Part shown: one piece after another, positions 38,541-48,658 of the stretch
Layout: each line of letters begins with the position of its first letter
How positions within the stretch are numbered: the first letter of the stretch is position 1
Assembly (NCBI GenBank): GCA_017610205.1
Contig: JAFCCL010000003.1
Location: forward strand, 32,001 to 96,000
Origin: Candidatus Iainarchaeum sp.
Lineage (GTDB): Archaea; Iainarchaeota; Iainarchaeia; Iainarchaeales; GCA-2688035
Length of the DNA: 64,000 bases
Direction of reading: 5' to 3'
Made by a program: the position numbers and the translations under genes
The notes under the pieces: generated by a model
Told to the model about the DNA's origin: nothing
Database searches by the model: none
Seen by the model: the letters and a program-made list of their open reading frames with translations, nothing else

Positions 38541-39167
38541 GTGAAATTGACAAAGCTTATTATTGGAGTGCTTGCAAGTACTAAAGGAACTGATTTACAG
38601 GCTGTTATTGGTGCCATTGAACAAAAAGAGCTTGATGCGGAAATTGCTTGTGTAATAAGCAATAAAGAAGATAGCTTTGCATTAAAGAGGGCAAGAAAGC
38701 ATGGCATTGAAGTAATTTTTCTTAATCCAAAAGATTTTGATTCAATGGAAAAATATGATGGGGCAATTGCAAAACTTTTTAATAAAAGAAATGTTGGACT
38801 TGTTCTTTTGATTGGCTACAACAAGATTTTGTCAAAGGCTTTTGTTGATGCTTTTAAAAATAGGGTTATGAATATTCATCCAAGCCTGCTTCCTTTCTTT
38901 AAGGGCTGGTATGCAAGCATTTATCCAAGAGTGCTGGAGGCAAATGTAAAGGAAACAGGATGCACCTTATTTTTTGTTGACCAGAAGCCTGATGCAGGCC
39001 CGATAATTTTGCAAAAGATAGTTTCTGTTGATGAAAATGAAACAATTGATTCTTTGAAGAAAAAGGTGCAAAAGGCAGAACAGGAAGTTCTCCTCAAAGG
39101 CGTTAAGCTCTTTTTGGAAGGCAGGCTGAAGGTTGAAGGAAAAAGAGTTTATGTAGCCAAAGCGTAA
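38541..39167 (+). CDS. purN: Phosphoribosylglycinamide formyltransferase (folate-dependent)
   Basis: GTDLQA, NIHPSLLP, TGCT, DAGPII. Confidence 0.93.
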   Translation: MKLTKLIIGVLASTKGTDLQAVIGAIEQKELDAEIACVISNKEDSFALKRARKHGIEVIFLNPKDFDSMEKYDGAIAKLFNKRNVGLVLLIGYNKILSKAFVDAFKNRVMNIHPSLLPFFKGWYASIYPRVLEANVKETGCTLFFVDQKPDAGPIILQKIVSVDENETIDSLKKKVQKAEQEVLLKGVKLFLEGRLKVEGKRVYVAKA

Positions 39168-39235
39168 AGAAGCTTTTTATTCCTTTTCAACTTAATTTTT
39201 ACAACTTATTTTTTTTTTAAAAAGGGGGGTTTTTA

Positions 39236-40528
39236 ATGGATCGAAAAAAACTTGAAGAACTTACTTCACCAAATGCTGCAAATGCAAAGAAATTAATGCT
39301 TCTTGGAAGCGGAGAACTTGGAAAAGAGATTGTAATTGAAGCAAAAAGGCTTGGCTTTAGTACTGTTGCTGTTGACAGATATCAGGGAGCGCCTGCCCAG
39401 CAGGTTGCTGACAAGTCTTACACTGGTTTGATGACAAACGCCGGCTTTTTGCGTTCGATTGTTGAAAAAGAAAAACCAGATTGTATAATTCCTGAAATTG
39501 AAGCAATAAACCTTGACCTGCTTTTTGATTTGGAAAAAGAGGGCTTTAATGTTATTCCAAATGCAAAAGCAACCCATACAACAATGCAAAGGGAAAGAAT
39601 CAGAAAAGTAATTGCAGAAGATGCTGGGGTTAAAACTTCAAAGTATGCTTATGCAGAATCCCTTGACGAATTAAAAGAAGCATGTGAAAAAGTAGGTTAT
39701 TCCTGCTGGGTAAAGGCAATGATGTCAAGTTCTGGTCATGGCTCTGCTTTTGTTAAAGGGCCTGAAGATATTGAAAAAGCTTACAAAATTGCAACAGAGG
39801 AAGGTCGTGTTAAAGGAGCAAGAATTATTGTTGAAGAACACGTTGACTTTGATATTGAGGTAACTGAACTTGCCGTAAGACATTTTAATGAAGACGGAAA
39901 AATTGTAACATCTTTTCCAAAGCCTGTTGGACATTATCAAATTGACGGCGATTACCACAGCAGCTGGCAGCCGGCAGAAGTAAGTGAGCTTGCAGAAAAA
40001 AGAATCTACGAAGCTGCCGGAAAGATTACCGGAGCGCTTGGAGGGCTTGGCTTGTTTGGATGCGAACTCTTTGTAAAAGGAGATGAAGTTTATGCAAACG
40101 AATGCAGTCCAAGGCCGCATGATACTGGAATGGTTACTTTTGTAACACACCAGCTTGGCTTTACTCAGGCAGGACTGCATGTAAGGGCAATAACTGGCCT
40201 GCCTGTTCCGGCAATTGAAGAAGATGGCTTCAGAAAGATTCCTGCTTTAACACCAGGGGCATCTCATGTTATATCCTGTCCAAGTGAAGGATATGATGCA
40301 ATGCTTGGCAATGTTTTCAATGCCACAAATGAATTAGGTGTTTCGTTGCTTTTCTTTGGAAAGCCAGAAGCACATGTTGGAAGAAGAATGGGTGTTGTTC
40401 TTGCAACAGCCAACAAGGTTGAGAATGCAAAGAAAAAGGCTGAAAGAGTTGCTCACAAAATTGAAATGCAAACAAGACAGGTTGCAGAGTGGAAAAAACA
40501 GCAGTTAAAAGAAAAACACATTCTTTAG
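39236..40528 (+). CDS. purT: Formate-dependent GAR transformylase
   Basis: LLGSGELGKE, PEIEAI, MSSSGHG, SPRPHDTGMVT, RRMGV. Confidence 0.96.
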   Translation: MDRKKLEELTSPNAANAKKLMLLGSGELGKEIVIEAKRLGFSTVAVDRYQGAPAQQVADKSYTGLMTNAGFLRSIVEKEKPDCIIPEIEAINLDLLFDLEKEGFNVIPNAKATHTTMQRERIRKVIAEDAGVKTSKYAYAESLDELKEACEKVGYSCWVKAMMSSSGHGSAFVKGPEDIEKAYKIATEEGRVKGARIIVEEHVDFDIEVTELAVRHFNEDGKIVTSFPKPVGHYQIDGDYHSSWQPAEVSELAEKRIYEAAGKITGALGGLGLFGCELFVKGDEVYANECSPRPHDTGMVTFVTHQLGFTQAGLHVRAITGLPVPAIEEDGFRKIPALTPGASHVISCPSEGYDAMLGNVFNATNELGVSLLFFGKPEAHVGRRMGVVLATANKVENAKKKAERVAHKIEMQTRQVAEWKKQQLKEKHIL

Positions 40529-40540
40529 GAAATGTTTTGA

Positions 40541-42091
40541 ATGGACAAAAAGATTGCTTTAATATCTGTTTCAGATAAGTTCGGGCTTGGAGAATTTGCA
40601 AAAGGTCTTGAAGCAATTGGCTTTGAAATTGTTTCAACAGGCGGAACTGCAAAAGCAATTGAAAAAGAAGGCATAAAGGTAACTCAGGTTGAAGACCTTA
40701 CAGGCTTTCCTGAAATGCTGGATGGCCGGGTAAAAACACTTCATCCAAAAATTCACGCAGGCATTTTGGCAGACCGTTCCAAAAAAAAACATATGTCCAC
40801 AATCAAAAAGCACGGAATAAGAGAAATTGAGCTGGTTGTTGTAAACTTTTATCCTTTTAGGGAAACAATTTCAAAGAAAAACGTTTCATTGGAAGATGCA
40901 ATTGAAAATATTGACATTGGCGGCCCTACTTTAATAAGGGCTGCGGCAAAAAATAATGACACAGTGGCAGTTGTAACATCTTCTGACCAGTATGGAGATG
41001 TTTTGGCAGAATTAAACGAAAAGGGTGTGATTTCACCTGAAACAAGAAAAAGGCTTGCTGCAAAAGCCTTTGAATTAACTGCAGCATATGATGCAACAAT
41101 AAGCAATTTTCTGCATGACAGGTTCCTTTCTGGTGAAAAATTCCCACAAAGTTTAAGCCTTTCATTTGAAAAATCCCAGTCTTTGCGTTATGGAGAAAAT
41201 TGGCATCAGGAAGCCTGCTTTTACAAGGATGCTGTTTCAACTTCGTGCGGAATTGGAGCCGCAGAACAGTTGCATGGAAAGGAAATTAGCTTTAACAATA
41301 TTAATGATGCAAATGCTGCAATTGAATTGGTTAAAGAATTTGAAGAGCCGGCTGTTGTAATAATAAAGCATGCAAACCCCTGTGGTACCGCTGTCAATGC
41401 AGTGCTTTCTGTTGCTTTTAAGAATGCTCTTGCCTGTGACAGTACAAGTGCTTTTGGAAGCGTAATTGCTTTAAACCAAGAATGCGATGTTGCTACCGCA
41501 GAACAGATTACTTCTTTCTTCAATGAAATAGTTATTGCCCCTTCATTTGAGAAAAAGGCTTTGGCGGTTTTGAAGAAGAAAAAGAATCTTAGAATACTGC
41601 TTTTGCCTTGTTTAGGAAAGAAGAAGACAGAACCAGGGCTTGAAGTTAAGGCTGTTGAAGGCGGAATTTTGGTTCAAACCAAGGACTCGTTGCTATTAAA
41701 TGACGGGGAGTTAAAGGTTGTGTCAAAGAGAAAGCCTTCTGAGAAAGAAATGAATGATCTTTTGTTTGGATGGAAGATTGCAAAGCACACTAAAAGCAAT
41801 GCAATTGTTCTAGTCAAAGATCTTGCATCTGTTGGCGTTGGTGCAGGGCAAATGTCAAGGATTGATGCTACTGAGATTGCTGTGAAGAAAAGCAATGGAA
41901 AGCACAAGGGCGCAGTTCTTGCATCAGATGCCTTTTTTCCCTTCCGTGACAATGTTGACCTTGCAGCCAAGTCAGGCATTACTGCAATTATAGCTCCTGG
42001 TGGCTCTGTAAAAGACGAAGAAGTAATCAAGGCTGCAGACGAGCATGGAATTGCAATGGTTTTTACCGAAATAAGGCATTTTAAGCACTAG
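40541..42091 (+). CDS. purH: Bifunctional AICAR transformylase/IMP cyclohydrolase
   Basis: ALISVSDK, GRVKTLHP, IDIGGP, LRYGEN, KHANPCG, ASDAFFPF, RHFKH. Confidence 0.98.
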   Translation: MDKKIALISVSDKFGLGEFAKGLEAIGFEIVSTGGTAKAIEKEGIKVTQVEDLTGFPEMLDGRVKTLHPKIHAGILADRSKKKHMSTIKKHGIREIELVVVNFYPFRETISKKNVSLEDAIENIDIGGPTLIRAAAKNNDTVAVVTSSDQYGDVLAELNEKGVISPETRKRLAAKAFELTAAYDATISNFLHDRFLSGEKFPQSLSLSFEKSQSLRYGENWHQEACFYKDAVSTSCGIGAAEQLHGKEISFNNINDANAAIELVKEFEEPAVVIIKHANPCGTAVNAVLSVAFKNALACDSTSAFGSVIALNQECDVATAEQITSFFNEIVIAPSFEKKALAVLKKKKNLRILLLPCLGKKKTEPGLEVKAVEGGILVQTKDSLLLNDGELKVVSKRKPSEKEMNDLLFGWKIAKHTKSNAIVLVKDLASVGVGAGQMSRIDATEIAVKKSNGKHKGAVLASDAFFPFRDNVDLAAKSGITAIIAPGGSVKDEEVIKAADEHGIAMVFTEIRHFKH

Positions 42092-42138
42092 TTTTTTAAA
42101 GAATGAACCCGCAATATTTTTGTATGGTTTATTTTTTC

Positions 42139-42558
42139 ATGGCAAACAAGCCAAAACTTCAAAAGCCAAAGAAGCCAAAGGTTTCAAAACACGTTTTAAC
42201 TTCTGAAAAGATTGCCCGCCTTGCAAGGCTGCAACATGCTGAAAAAATAAGGGCTAACAAAATCGGGAATGAATTTAAACAATCTCTTCTTGCCAAAAAA
42301 ATTTCAAAAGAAGTTGAGAATTTGACAAATGAAGTGGAACTGTTGCTTGCCATGAGAAAATTAGAGCAAAGCGCAATTAATGATGCAAAAATAAAAGCTC
42401 TTCTTATAAAAGGCGCTAAAAAAAATTTGGCTTTCTTTAAAAAATTGCTTAATTTTGCTGTTTCAAAAAATGCAAACCACAAATACCTTGAGCACCTTAG
42501 AGAGAATATAACTGAGGCTCTAGAGCATGTTGAAAATGCGGAGAATTTTAAGTTTTAG
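42139..42558 (+). CDS. Basic helical orphan
   Basis: MANKPKLQKPKKPKVSK N-terminus followed by amphipathic helices. Confidence 0.55.
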   Translation: MANKPKLQKPKKPKVSKHVLTSEKIARLARLQHAEKIRANKIGNEFKQSLLAKKISKEVENLTNEVELLLAMRKLEQSAINDAKIKALLIKGAKKNLAFFKKLLNFAVSKNANHKYLEHLRENITEALEHVENAENFKF

Positions 42559-43832
42559 CCCTTCCTGTTCAATGCCTTTTGTCCAATGTCTTTTCTAAAC
42601 TGCATTCCTTCAAAGGAAATTTTTTCAACTGCTTTGTAGGCGTTGTCAATTGATTCCTTGATTGTGTTTCCGCTTGCTGTAATTCCAAGAACTCTTCCTC
42701 CGTTTGTAACAACCTTTCCGTTGTCTGCTTTTGTTCCTGCGTGGAAGACAATTGTTTCAGTGATTTTTGAATCCTTTTCAAGCCCTGTAATTTCTTTTCC
42801 TTTTTCGTATTTTCCAGGATAGCCTCCTGATGCCATAATAATGCAACAGTATGCTTTTTGGCTCCATTTAACTTCCTGTTCTGCAAGATTTCCTTCAATG
42901 CATGCCTGCATTATTGAAATTAAGTCAGAGTCAAGCCTTGGAAGAATAACTTGTGTTTCAGGGTCTCCAAAGCGACAGTTGAATTCAACAATTTTTGGCC
43001 CTGTTTTTGAAATCATTAACCCTGCATAAAGAATGCCTTTGAATTCCCTTCCTTCTTTTGCCATTGCATCAACTGTTGGCTGCATTATTTCTTTCAAAAT
43101 GCGTTGTTCCATTTCTTTTGTTACAATTGGTGCAGGAGAGTATGCCCCCATTCCTCCTGTATTTGGCCCCTTGTCGTTGTCAAAAATTCTTTTGTGGTCC
43201 TGGCTTGAAACCATTGGCTTGATGTTTTTTCCGTCTGTAAAAACAAGATAGCTTGCTTCTTCTCCCAAAAGCTTTTCTTCGAGTACGATTTTGCTTCCTG
43301 CTTCTCCAAACCTTTTGTCAGTCATCATTTCATCAATTGCTTTTTCTGCTTCTTCAATTGTTTCGGCTACAACAACTCCTTTTCCTGCTGCAAGGCCGTC
43401 TGCTTTTACTACAACTGGTGCTTCTTTTTCTTGCAGGTATTGTTTTGCTTTTTCTGCGTTGTCAAAGGCGGCATATTCTGCACTTGGAATTCCATATTTT
43501 TTCAGCAGGTCTCTTGTAAAAAGCTTGCTTCCTTCAATTGCAGCTGCCTTTTTGCTTGGGCCAAATGCATTAATTCCTTTTTCCTGCAAAAAATCCACAA
43601 TGCCTTCAACAAGCGGGTTTTCGGGTCCGACAAACACCAGTCCGATTTCTTCTTTTTTTGCGAATTCTGCAATTTTTTCAAATTCGTCAACTTTTATGTC
43701 AACGTTTTCTCCAACAAGTGCTGTTCCTGCATTGCCTGGTGCAATAAAGACTTTTTCTGCAAGAGGGCTTTGCATTAGCTTTCTTGCAACAGCATGCTCT
43801 CTTCCTCCGTTTCCAATTACCAAAATTTTCAT
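42555..43832 (-). CDS. purD: Phosphoribosylamine--glycine ligase
   Basis: GNGGREHA, KADGLAAGKGV, QDHKR, NTGGMG, RFGDPE. Confidence 0.98.
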   Translation of the reverse strand: MKILVIGNGGREHAVARKLMQSPLAEKVFIAPGNAGTALVGENVDIKVDEFEKIAEFAKKEEIGLVFVGPENPLVEGIVDFLQEKGINAFGPSKKAAAIEGSKLFTRDLLKKYGIPSAEYAAFDNAEKAKQYLQEKEAPVVVKADGLAAGKGVVVAETIEEAEKAIDEMMTDKRFGEAGSKIVLEEKLLGEEASYLVFTDGKNIKPMVSSQDHKRIFDNDKGPNTGGMGAYSPAPIVTKEMEQRILKEIMQPTVDAMAKEGREFKGILYAGLMISKTGPKIVEFNCRFGDPETQVILPRLDSDLISIMQACIEGNLAEQEVKWSQKAYCCIIMASGGYPGKYEKGKEITGLEKDSKITETIVFHAGTKADNGKVVTNGGRVLGITASGNTIKESIDNAYKAVEKISFEGMQFRKDIGQKALNRKG

Positions 43833-43926
43833 GCAATTACCCCCTAAGAAAAACATTTATACAATTACTCTATGAAAACAATCCAACTTCAAAGTTATTT
43901 TAATTCTTACCGCTCTCCATTTTTGT

Positions 43927-44577
43927 ATGAAAGCAGCAATTCTTGACTTTGACGGTGTAATTGCTGACACCCTCCAATTAAATTTTGAGGTAAAGAAAGC
44001 AGCTTTCCTGCCCTATGGTGTTGAGCTAACCCTTAAAGAATTCATTGACATTTGGGTTAGCCCTGAAAAGGGAAAGGAGGGAACACCCTACTTTGTTAAA
44101 TTAAAGAATCTTTCAATTGACCCTTTTGAAAGCCGGGCAAAACAGCGAAAGGCTTTTCGGGAATTGTACTGTGGAAAAGTGGGTTTGCTGCCTGGTGCCC
44201 TTGAACTAATTGGTTTGTTGAAGAAAAAAGGCCTGCCTCTTGCAATTGTTTCTTCAAACTTCAAGCCAAACATAGAGCTTCTTTTGGAAAACTTTAATTT
44301 GGCAAAAGAGTTTTGTTTTGTCCTTGGCTTTGATGATTTTGAAAGGCACAAGCCATTTCCAGATGCCTATCTTGCGGCGGTTAAAAGGCTTGGTTTTCAG
44401 GCAAAAGATGTTTTGGTTTTTGAGGATGCTGACACAGGTGTTGAAAGTGCAAAAACAGCCGGCTGCAGCTGCATTGCTATTCCAAACAGGTTTACTGAAA
44501 GGGGAGATTTTGGCAAAGCGGATCTTGTGCTCAAAAGCCTTTTGGAAATTGATGAAAAAGTTCTTGCATTGTTTTAA
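43927..44577 (+). CDS. HAD-family phosphatase
   Basis: DFDGVIADT, VSS, KPFPDAY, FED. Confidence 0.9.
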   Translation: MKAAILDFDGVIADTLQLNFEVKKAAFLPYGVELTLKEFIDIWVSPEKGKEGTPYFVKLKNLSIDPFESRAKQRKAFRELYCGKVGLLPGALELIGLLKKKGLPLAIVSSNFKPNIELLLENFNLAKEFCFVLGFDDFERHKPFPDAYLAAVKRLGFQAKDVLVFEDADTGVESAKTAGCSCIAIPNRFTERGDFGKADLVLKSLLEIDEKVLALF

Positions 44578-44583
44578 TGCCTA

Positions 44584-45144
44584 TTACTTGCACCTTATTG
44601 TTTCTTTGTCTGTTATAACAATATCCATTTTTACATCGTGGCTTTCAGTTGGAATGCTTTCCTCTAAATTTTCTTCAAAGCACAGTCCAACTAATGGGGT
44701 TTTTGTGCTGGTTTTTCGCAAAAGCGAGTCATAGAACCCCATGCCTCTTCCAATTCTTGAGCCGGCTTTGTCAAAGGCAACACCTGGAATTATAATCAGG
44801 TCAATTTCTTTTGATTCCACTGGCTTTTGGGTTTTTGGCTCAAAAAGCCCCTGTGTTGTTTCTTTAAGCTCTTCCAGTGAATTAATTTCTCTTGGAACCA
44901 TTGCTCTTTTTTCAAAATTTGTTGCAGGCAAAGCAACTCTTTTTTCAAGCGCTATGGCTTTTTCTATTAGCTTGTTTGTTTCAACCTCGTTGTTTACACC
45001 GTAGTATAGAATAATGCATTTTGCTTTTTTAAATTCGGGCAATTCTTCTACAAGTTTTTGAATTGCATTGCTTTTTTCTTCAATTTCTTTTTTGGAAAGG
45101 CTGTTTCTTTTTGCAAGATTTTTCAGCCTTGTTATTTGTTTCAT
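44584..45144 (-). CDS. 5-formyltetrahydrofolate cyclo-ligase
   Basis: NEVET, IPGVAFD..RIGRGMGFYD, HDVKMD. Confidence 0.94.
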   Translation of the reverse strand: MKQITRLKNLAKRNSLSKKEIEEKSNAIQKLVEELPEFKKAKCIILYYGVNNEVETNKLIEKAIALEKRVALPATNFEKRAMVPREINSLEELKETTQGLFEPKTQKPVESKEIDLIIIPGVAFDKAGSRIGRGMGFYDSLLRKTSTKTPLVGLCFEENLEESIPTESHDVKMDIVITDKETIRCK

Positions 45145-45226
45145 GTCAGTATTCAGCTGAAAAAGATTTAATAATCCTTCAGAAGTTTTTTTTTAATTCT
45201 TCTTAGAATTTGGCTTTTAGGTTTTT

Positions 45227-45424
45227 TTATTCTTCGTAGAATTCGTCAAAGTCTGTTTCTTCCATGGCTTTTTCTTTTGAGACTCTGAGTTTTGGCTTGC
45301 CTTCGTTTACTTCTATGACTAGTTCAAGATTGCATTCAGAGCAATTTAACAGATCTCCTTCATCAAAGTCCTCGAGCTCTATTTCAAACGTTCCTCCACA
45401 TTCCGGACATCGTACTTTTTTCAT
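45227..45424 (-). CDS. LysW-like acidic Zn-ribbon protein
   Basis: CPECG...EGDLLNCSECNLELVI; acidic tail ending FYEE. Confidence 0.65.
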   Translation of the reverse strand: MKKVRCPECGGTFEIELEDFDEGDLLNCSECNLELVIEVNEGKPKLRVSKEKAMEETDFDEFYEE

Positions 45425-45573
45425 GCTTTTGTCACCCTTTTTGGTAAGATTTTTTTCCACCATAAATTCTTTTAAAGTTTAGCTTTTTTCAAAAAAAGGG
45501 TTAATTTTGAAACTGTACTGAATTAATTGTTTTTTTTGGGGGGTTGTATTTGCGATTTTCTAATTTTTTTGGG

Positions 45574-46161
45574 TTATATTGGCAGAATTCCGAAAATAAG
45601 CAGGATTACTGCTGCAAGTACGAGGGCTGTAAATGCTCTTGTGCCAGTAACTTTTCTAATGCATTTGTAGAGAATGAAGATGCCTAATACAGTCAATGCT
45701 ATTGCTATGATTAATGCTATTGCAAAAAATGCCAGGTTTACTGAGGCCGGATTTGCTGCAATAAACTCGCCTATTTGGTTTGCATTTTCTGCAGTTGCTG
45801 CAAATTCAATTGCTTCCGGTGAAAATACTAAATTTATTGTCAGAAGCGAAAGTATGATGATTGTAAGTGACACAATTTGCAAAAGGGAAACTGCTGAAAG
45901 AACTTTTAAAAGCTGGCCTTTTTCTTTTTTTCCGTTGAAAATTATTCCAAGAGCGTAAACTATGAGGCCGAGAATAAAGAATGTTACGTATGCCAAAACA
46001 ATTTGGTAAATTGCATATCCTGAAATGTCAATCCCATAAAGCATTTGGCCTCCGAGGAATGCAACTGAAGGCAAAAGCACCAACACAAGGGCAATTGCCA
46101 AATTTGGCTTTTCAAAAGCTGATTCAACAGCCTTTCCTGGCTTAAAAATGTTAATATTCAT
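45574..46161 (-). CDS. YIP1-like membrane protein
   Basis: IFKPGKAVE start and five hydrophobic segments. Confidence 0.7.
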   Translation of the reverse strand: MNINIFKPGKAVESAFEKPNLAIALVLVLLPSVAFLGGQMLYGIDISGYAIYQIVLAYVTFFILGLIVYALGIIFNGKKEKGQLLKVLSAVSLLQIVSLTIIILSLLTINLVFSPEAIEFAATAENANQIGEFIAANPASVNLAFFAIALIIAIALTVLGIFILYKCIRKVTGTRAFTALVLAAVILLIFGILPI

Positions 46162-46215
46162 CTGCTATATATATGGAATTGCAGTATTTAAAACTAACTA
46201 AGAAGCAGTTTTTTT

Positions 46216-47286
46216 CTATCTTGTAACCTTCATTTCCTGAACCTTTTCAAGAAGCTGTTTTGGCTTTCCTTTTGCAAAATGCTTTCTTACAGGTTCCAAA
46301 AGCTTGTTGATGTATCCTGCTGTTGCGTTCTTCAAATCCATCGGGTGCAATTTTCCTGCTACAAAGTCCTTTTCCAAATCCAAATAGTTGCAGTATTCAA
46401 CATTTCCACCGAACTTTGCAGGGCGTTCAATTTTCATTTTTGGAAACTTTTCAAACACAATATATTTGCAGTACTCCAAAACAGGGTTTTCTTCAGCCTG
46501 CTTTTCAGGACAGTAGGCCTTGTTTATTTTTCTTTTAACTTCTTCTTCGGCGTCGGTCATAAAAATTGCTGAATCTGGATTGCTTTTGCTCATCTTCATT
46601 GCAATTGACCTTTCAACACCTGTTCCCTCTGCTTTTGGTTTTTGCAAACCCATTAGCATATGGTGGCTTACTACAACCGGCTTCCAAAATCCAAGCTTTG
46701 GACCAACTTCTCTTGCAAGCATGTTTACTTTTCTCTGGTCCATCCCAAGCTGTGTAATGTCGCATTTTAAGTGAAAAATGTCTGCTGCCTGCATGCACGG
46801 GTAAATTATTTGCGAAGCGCTTAATGCCTCGCTTTCGCTTCTGCCCATTATCTGGCTGCATCTAACAATCCTTTTTACTGTGTTGTTTATTGCCAGGTCC
46901 ATAACGGTTTTCCAATAATCTGAATTTTTTACAAGTTTGCTTGCCCAAACAAATTCAACTTTTTTTGTGTCAAGTCCGCATGCCTTCCAAACTTCAATCA
47001 AATACTTCCCTGCCACTTGAATGTCATCCAAGTTTCCTCCGAGTTTTTTGTTTGCCATTGCATGCCAGTCTGCAACAAGCATTTTGAAAGAGCAGCCTGC
47101 CCTGAGCATTTTTTCAATATTTACTGCCCTTAAAAGCCCTTGGGCAATGTGAACCTGGCCAGAGGGCTCAAAACCGTCGTATGCCACTGGCTTTTTCTTT
47201 TTTGAAAGCAGTGCCCTCAAATCTTCTTCTGTAATTATTTCTTCGCCAACCTCTTTAATGAGTGCAATTCTTTTATCCAAGTCCAT
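46216..47286 (-). CDS. tyrS: Tyrosine--tRNA ligase, archaeal type
   Basis: YDGFEPSG..HIAQG, YPCMQAAD, GMDQRK, KMSKS, LHPMDLK. Confidence 0.97.
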   Translation of the reverse strand: MDLDKRIALIKEVGEEIITEEDLRALLSKKKKPVAYDGFEPSGQVHIAQGLLRAVNIEKMLRAGCSFKMLVADWHAMANKKLGGNLDDIQVAGKYLIEVWKACGLDTKKVEFVWASKLVKNSDYWKTVMDLAINNTVKRIVRCSQIMGRSESEALSASQIIYPCMQAADIFHLKCDITQLGMDQRKVNMLAREVGPKLGFWKPVVVSHHMLMGLQKPKAEGTGVERSIAMKMSKSNPDSAIFMTDAEEEVKRKINKAYCPEKQAEENPVLEYCKYIVFEKFPKMKIERPAKFGGNVEYCNYLDLEKDFVAGKLHPMDLKNATAGYINKLLEPVRKHFAKGKPKQLLEKVQEMKVTR

Positions 47287-47334
47287 TAAAAACCACTAAA
47301 TTATATTAAGTTAGAAGTATTTATAAGTATTCAA

Positions 47335-47766
47335 TTGCAAAGCAGGTGTTTTTGTTTGGGTTGTGTAATGGCTTTTGGAACGTTTGACATTTTGCATCCT
47401 GGTCACAAGTTTTACTTAAAACAGGCAAAAAAGCTTGGTGGAAAGCTTGTTGTGGTTGTTGCAAGGGACAAAAATGTGCTGGAGGTCAAAGGAAAAAAGG
47501 CTTTGAATAATGAAAATGACAGGCTTGCTTTTGTAACGCATTTAAGCTTTGTTGACCAGGCTGTTTTGGGCGACAGGGAGTTGCGAAAATGGGCTGTTGT
47601 AAAGCGCTTTCACCCTGTAACAATTGCCTTGGGCTATGACCAGTGGGCAAGCATTCTGAGTTTGAGAAAAGAGCTTGCAAAAATTGGCTTAAATCCCAAA
47701 ATTGTTAGAATAAAGGCGTTTAAGCCAAAGAAAAACAAATCCAGTTTGCTGAAGAAATCCTCCTAA
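47335..47766 (+). CDS. ribL: Archaeal FAD synthase / cytidylyltransferase family
   Basis: FGTFDILHPGH, VVARD, LGYDQ. Confidence 0.8.
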   Translation: MQSRCFCLGCVMAFGTFDILHPGHKFYLKQAKKLGGKLVVVVARDKNVLEVKGKKALNNENDRLAFVTHLSFVDQAVLGDRELRKWAVVKRFHPVTIALGYDQWASILSLRKELAKIGLNPKIVRIKAFKPKKNKSSLLKKSS

Positions 47767-48020
47767 TTTGTTGTGGGGGTAACCTCTTTCTTTCTTCTGA
47801 TTTCCATCCAGCCAAAGAAAGCTAGTACTAGGTAATAAACCGATATTCCCAAAACTGCCAGAAAAAGCATGCCAAAGAGTTCTGCCCAGGTCTGTTCTTC
47901 TACTCCGCCTGAAGCAATGCTTAATGTTGCCATAACAAAAGAACCGCCCATTGAAAAGAACATTAGTATAAGTCCGCTTCTTGAAAGAAGCCTTATTGTT
48001 TTATTGCTTATCGGCTGCAT
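47763..48020 (-). CDS. Small two-TM membrane protein
   Basis: Two hydrophobic helices from MQPISNK. Confidence 0.5.
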   Translation of the reverse strand: MQPISNKTIRLLSRSGLILMFFSMGGSFVMATLSIASGGVEEQTWAELFGMLFLAVLGISVYYLVLAFFGWMEIRRKKEVTPTTN

Positions 48021-48115
48021 AGTAAACAAATGCCCTTCAAATATAAAAAAACAGAGGTAACCCATTTTTGTTACGCATAACGTTTTTAAGTAGTTGCTAT
48101 TGTTTTTCATTTGTT

Positions 48116-48658
48116 ATGCACAAGTACAAGTTACTTATTGGCAGTGCAATGCTTGCTGTTGTAAGTGTATTGCTTCAGATTTACAAAATTGCCTATCCCT
48201 GGGGCGGGTTTATTGATATAGATGCTGTTGGTGTTCCCTGGCTTATTTCAACATTTTTGTTTGGAATTTACGGGGGGGTAATAACTTCTGTTGTTTCTGC
48301 GTTAGGAATTGCTATTTTTGCCCCAACTGGTCCTATTGGCGCTTTTATGAAATTGGTTGCAACAATTGCAATGGTTGTTATTGTTGGGGCTGTTGGAAAA
48401 ACAATTGGCTTTGGCAAAAAAGGCATTGCTGTTGCATTTCTCGGATGCCTTGTGGCAAGGCCTGTTTTGATGGTTTTGTTTAATTATTATCTTGGAATTC
48501 CGCTCTTTTTTGGAATAGCTACTGATGTTGCCTTGCAGAAGTTTCCTCTGGAACTTTTTATCATTCCAAATGCACTTCTTGCAATTATAGACTTCTGGGT
48601 TGCATATGCTCTTGTTTTTGGAACTAAGCTGAGGGCGCGGGTAAATGTTAAATCTTGA
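48116..48658 (+). CDS. ECF transporter S component
   Basis: About six TMs, DAVGVPWLISTFLFG; in an operon with ATPase and EcfT. Confidence 0.8.
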   Translation: MHKYKLLIGSAMLAVVSVLLQIYKIAYPWGGFIDIDAVGVPWLISTFLFGIYGGVITSVVSALGIAIFAPTGPIGAFMKLVATIAMVVIVGAVGKTIGFGKKGIAVAFLGCLVARPVLMVLFNYYLGIPLFFGIATDVALQKFPLELFIIPNALLAIIDFWVAYALVFGTKLRARVNVKS

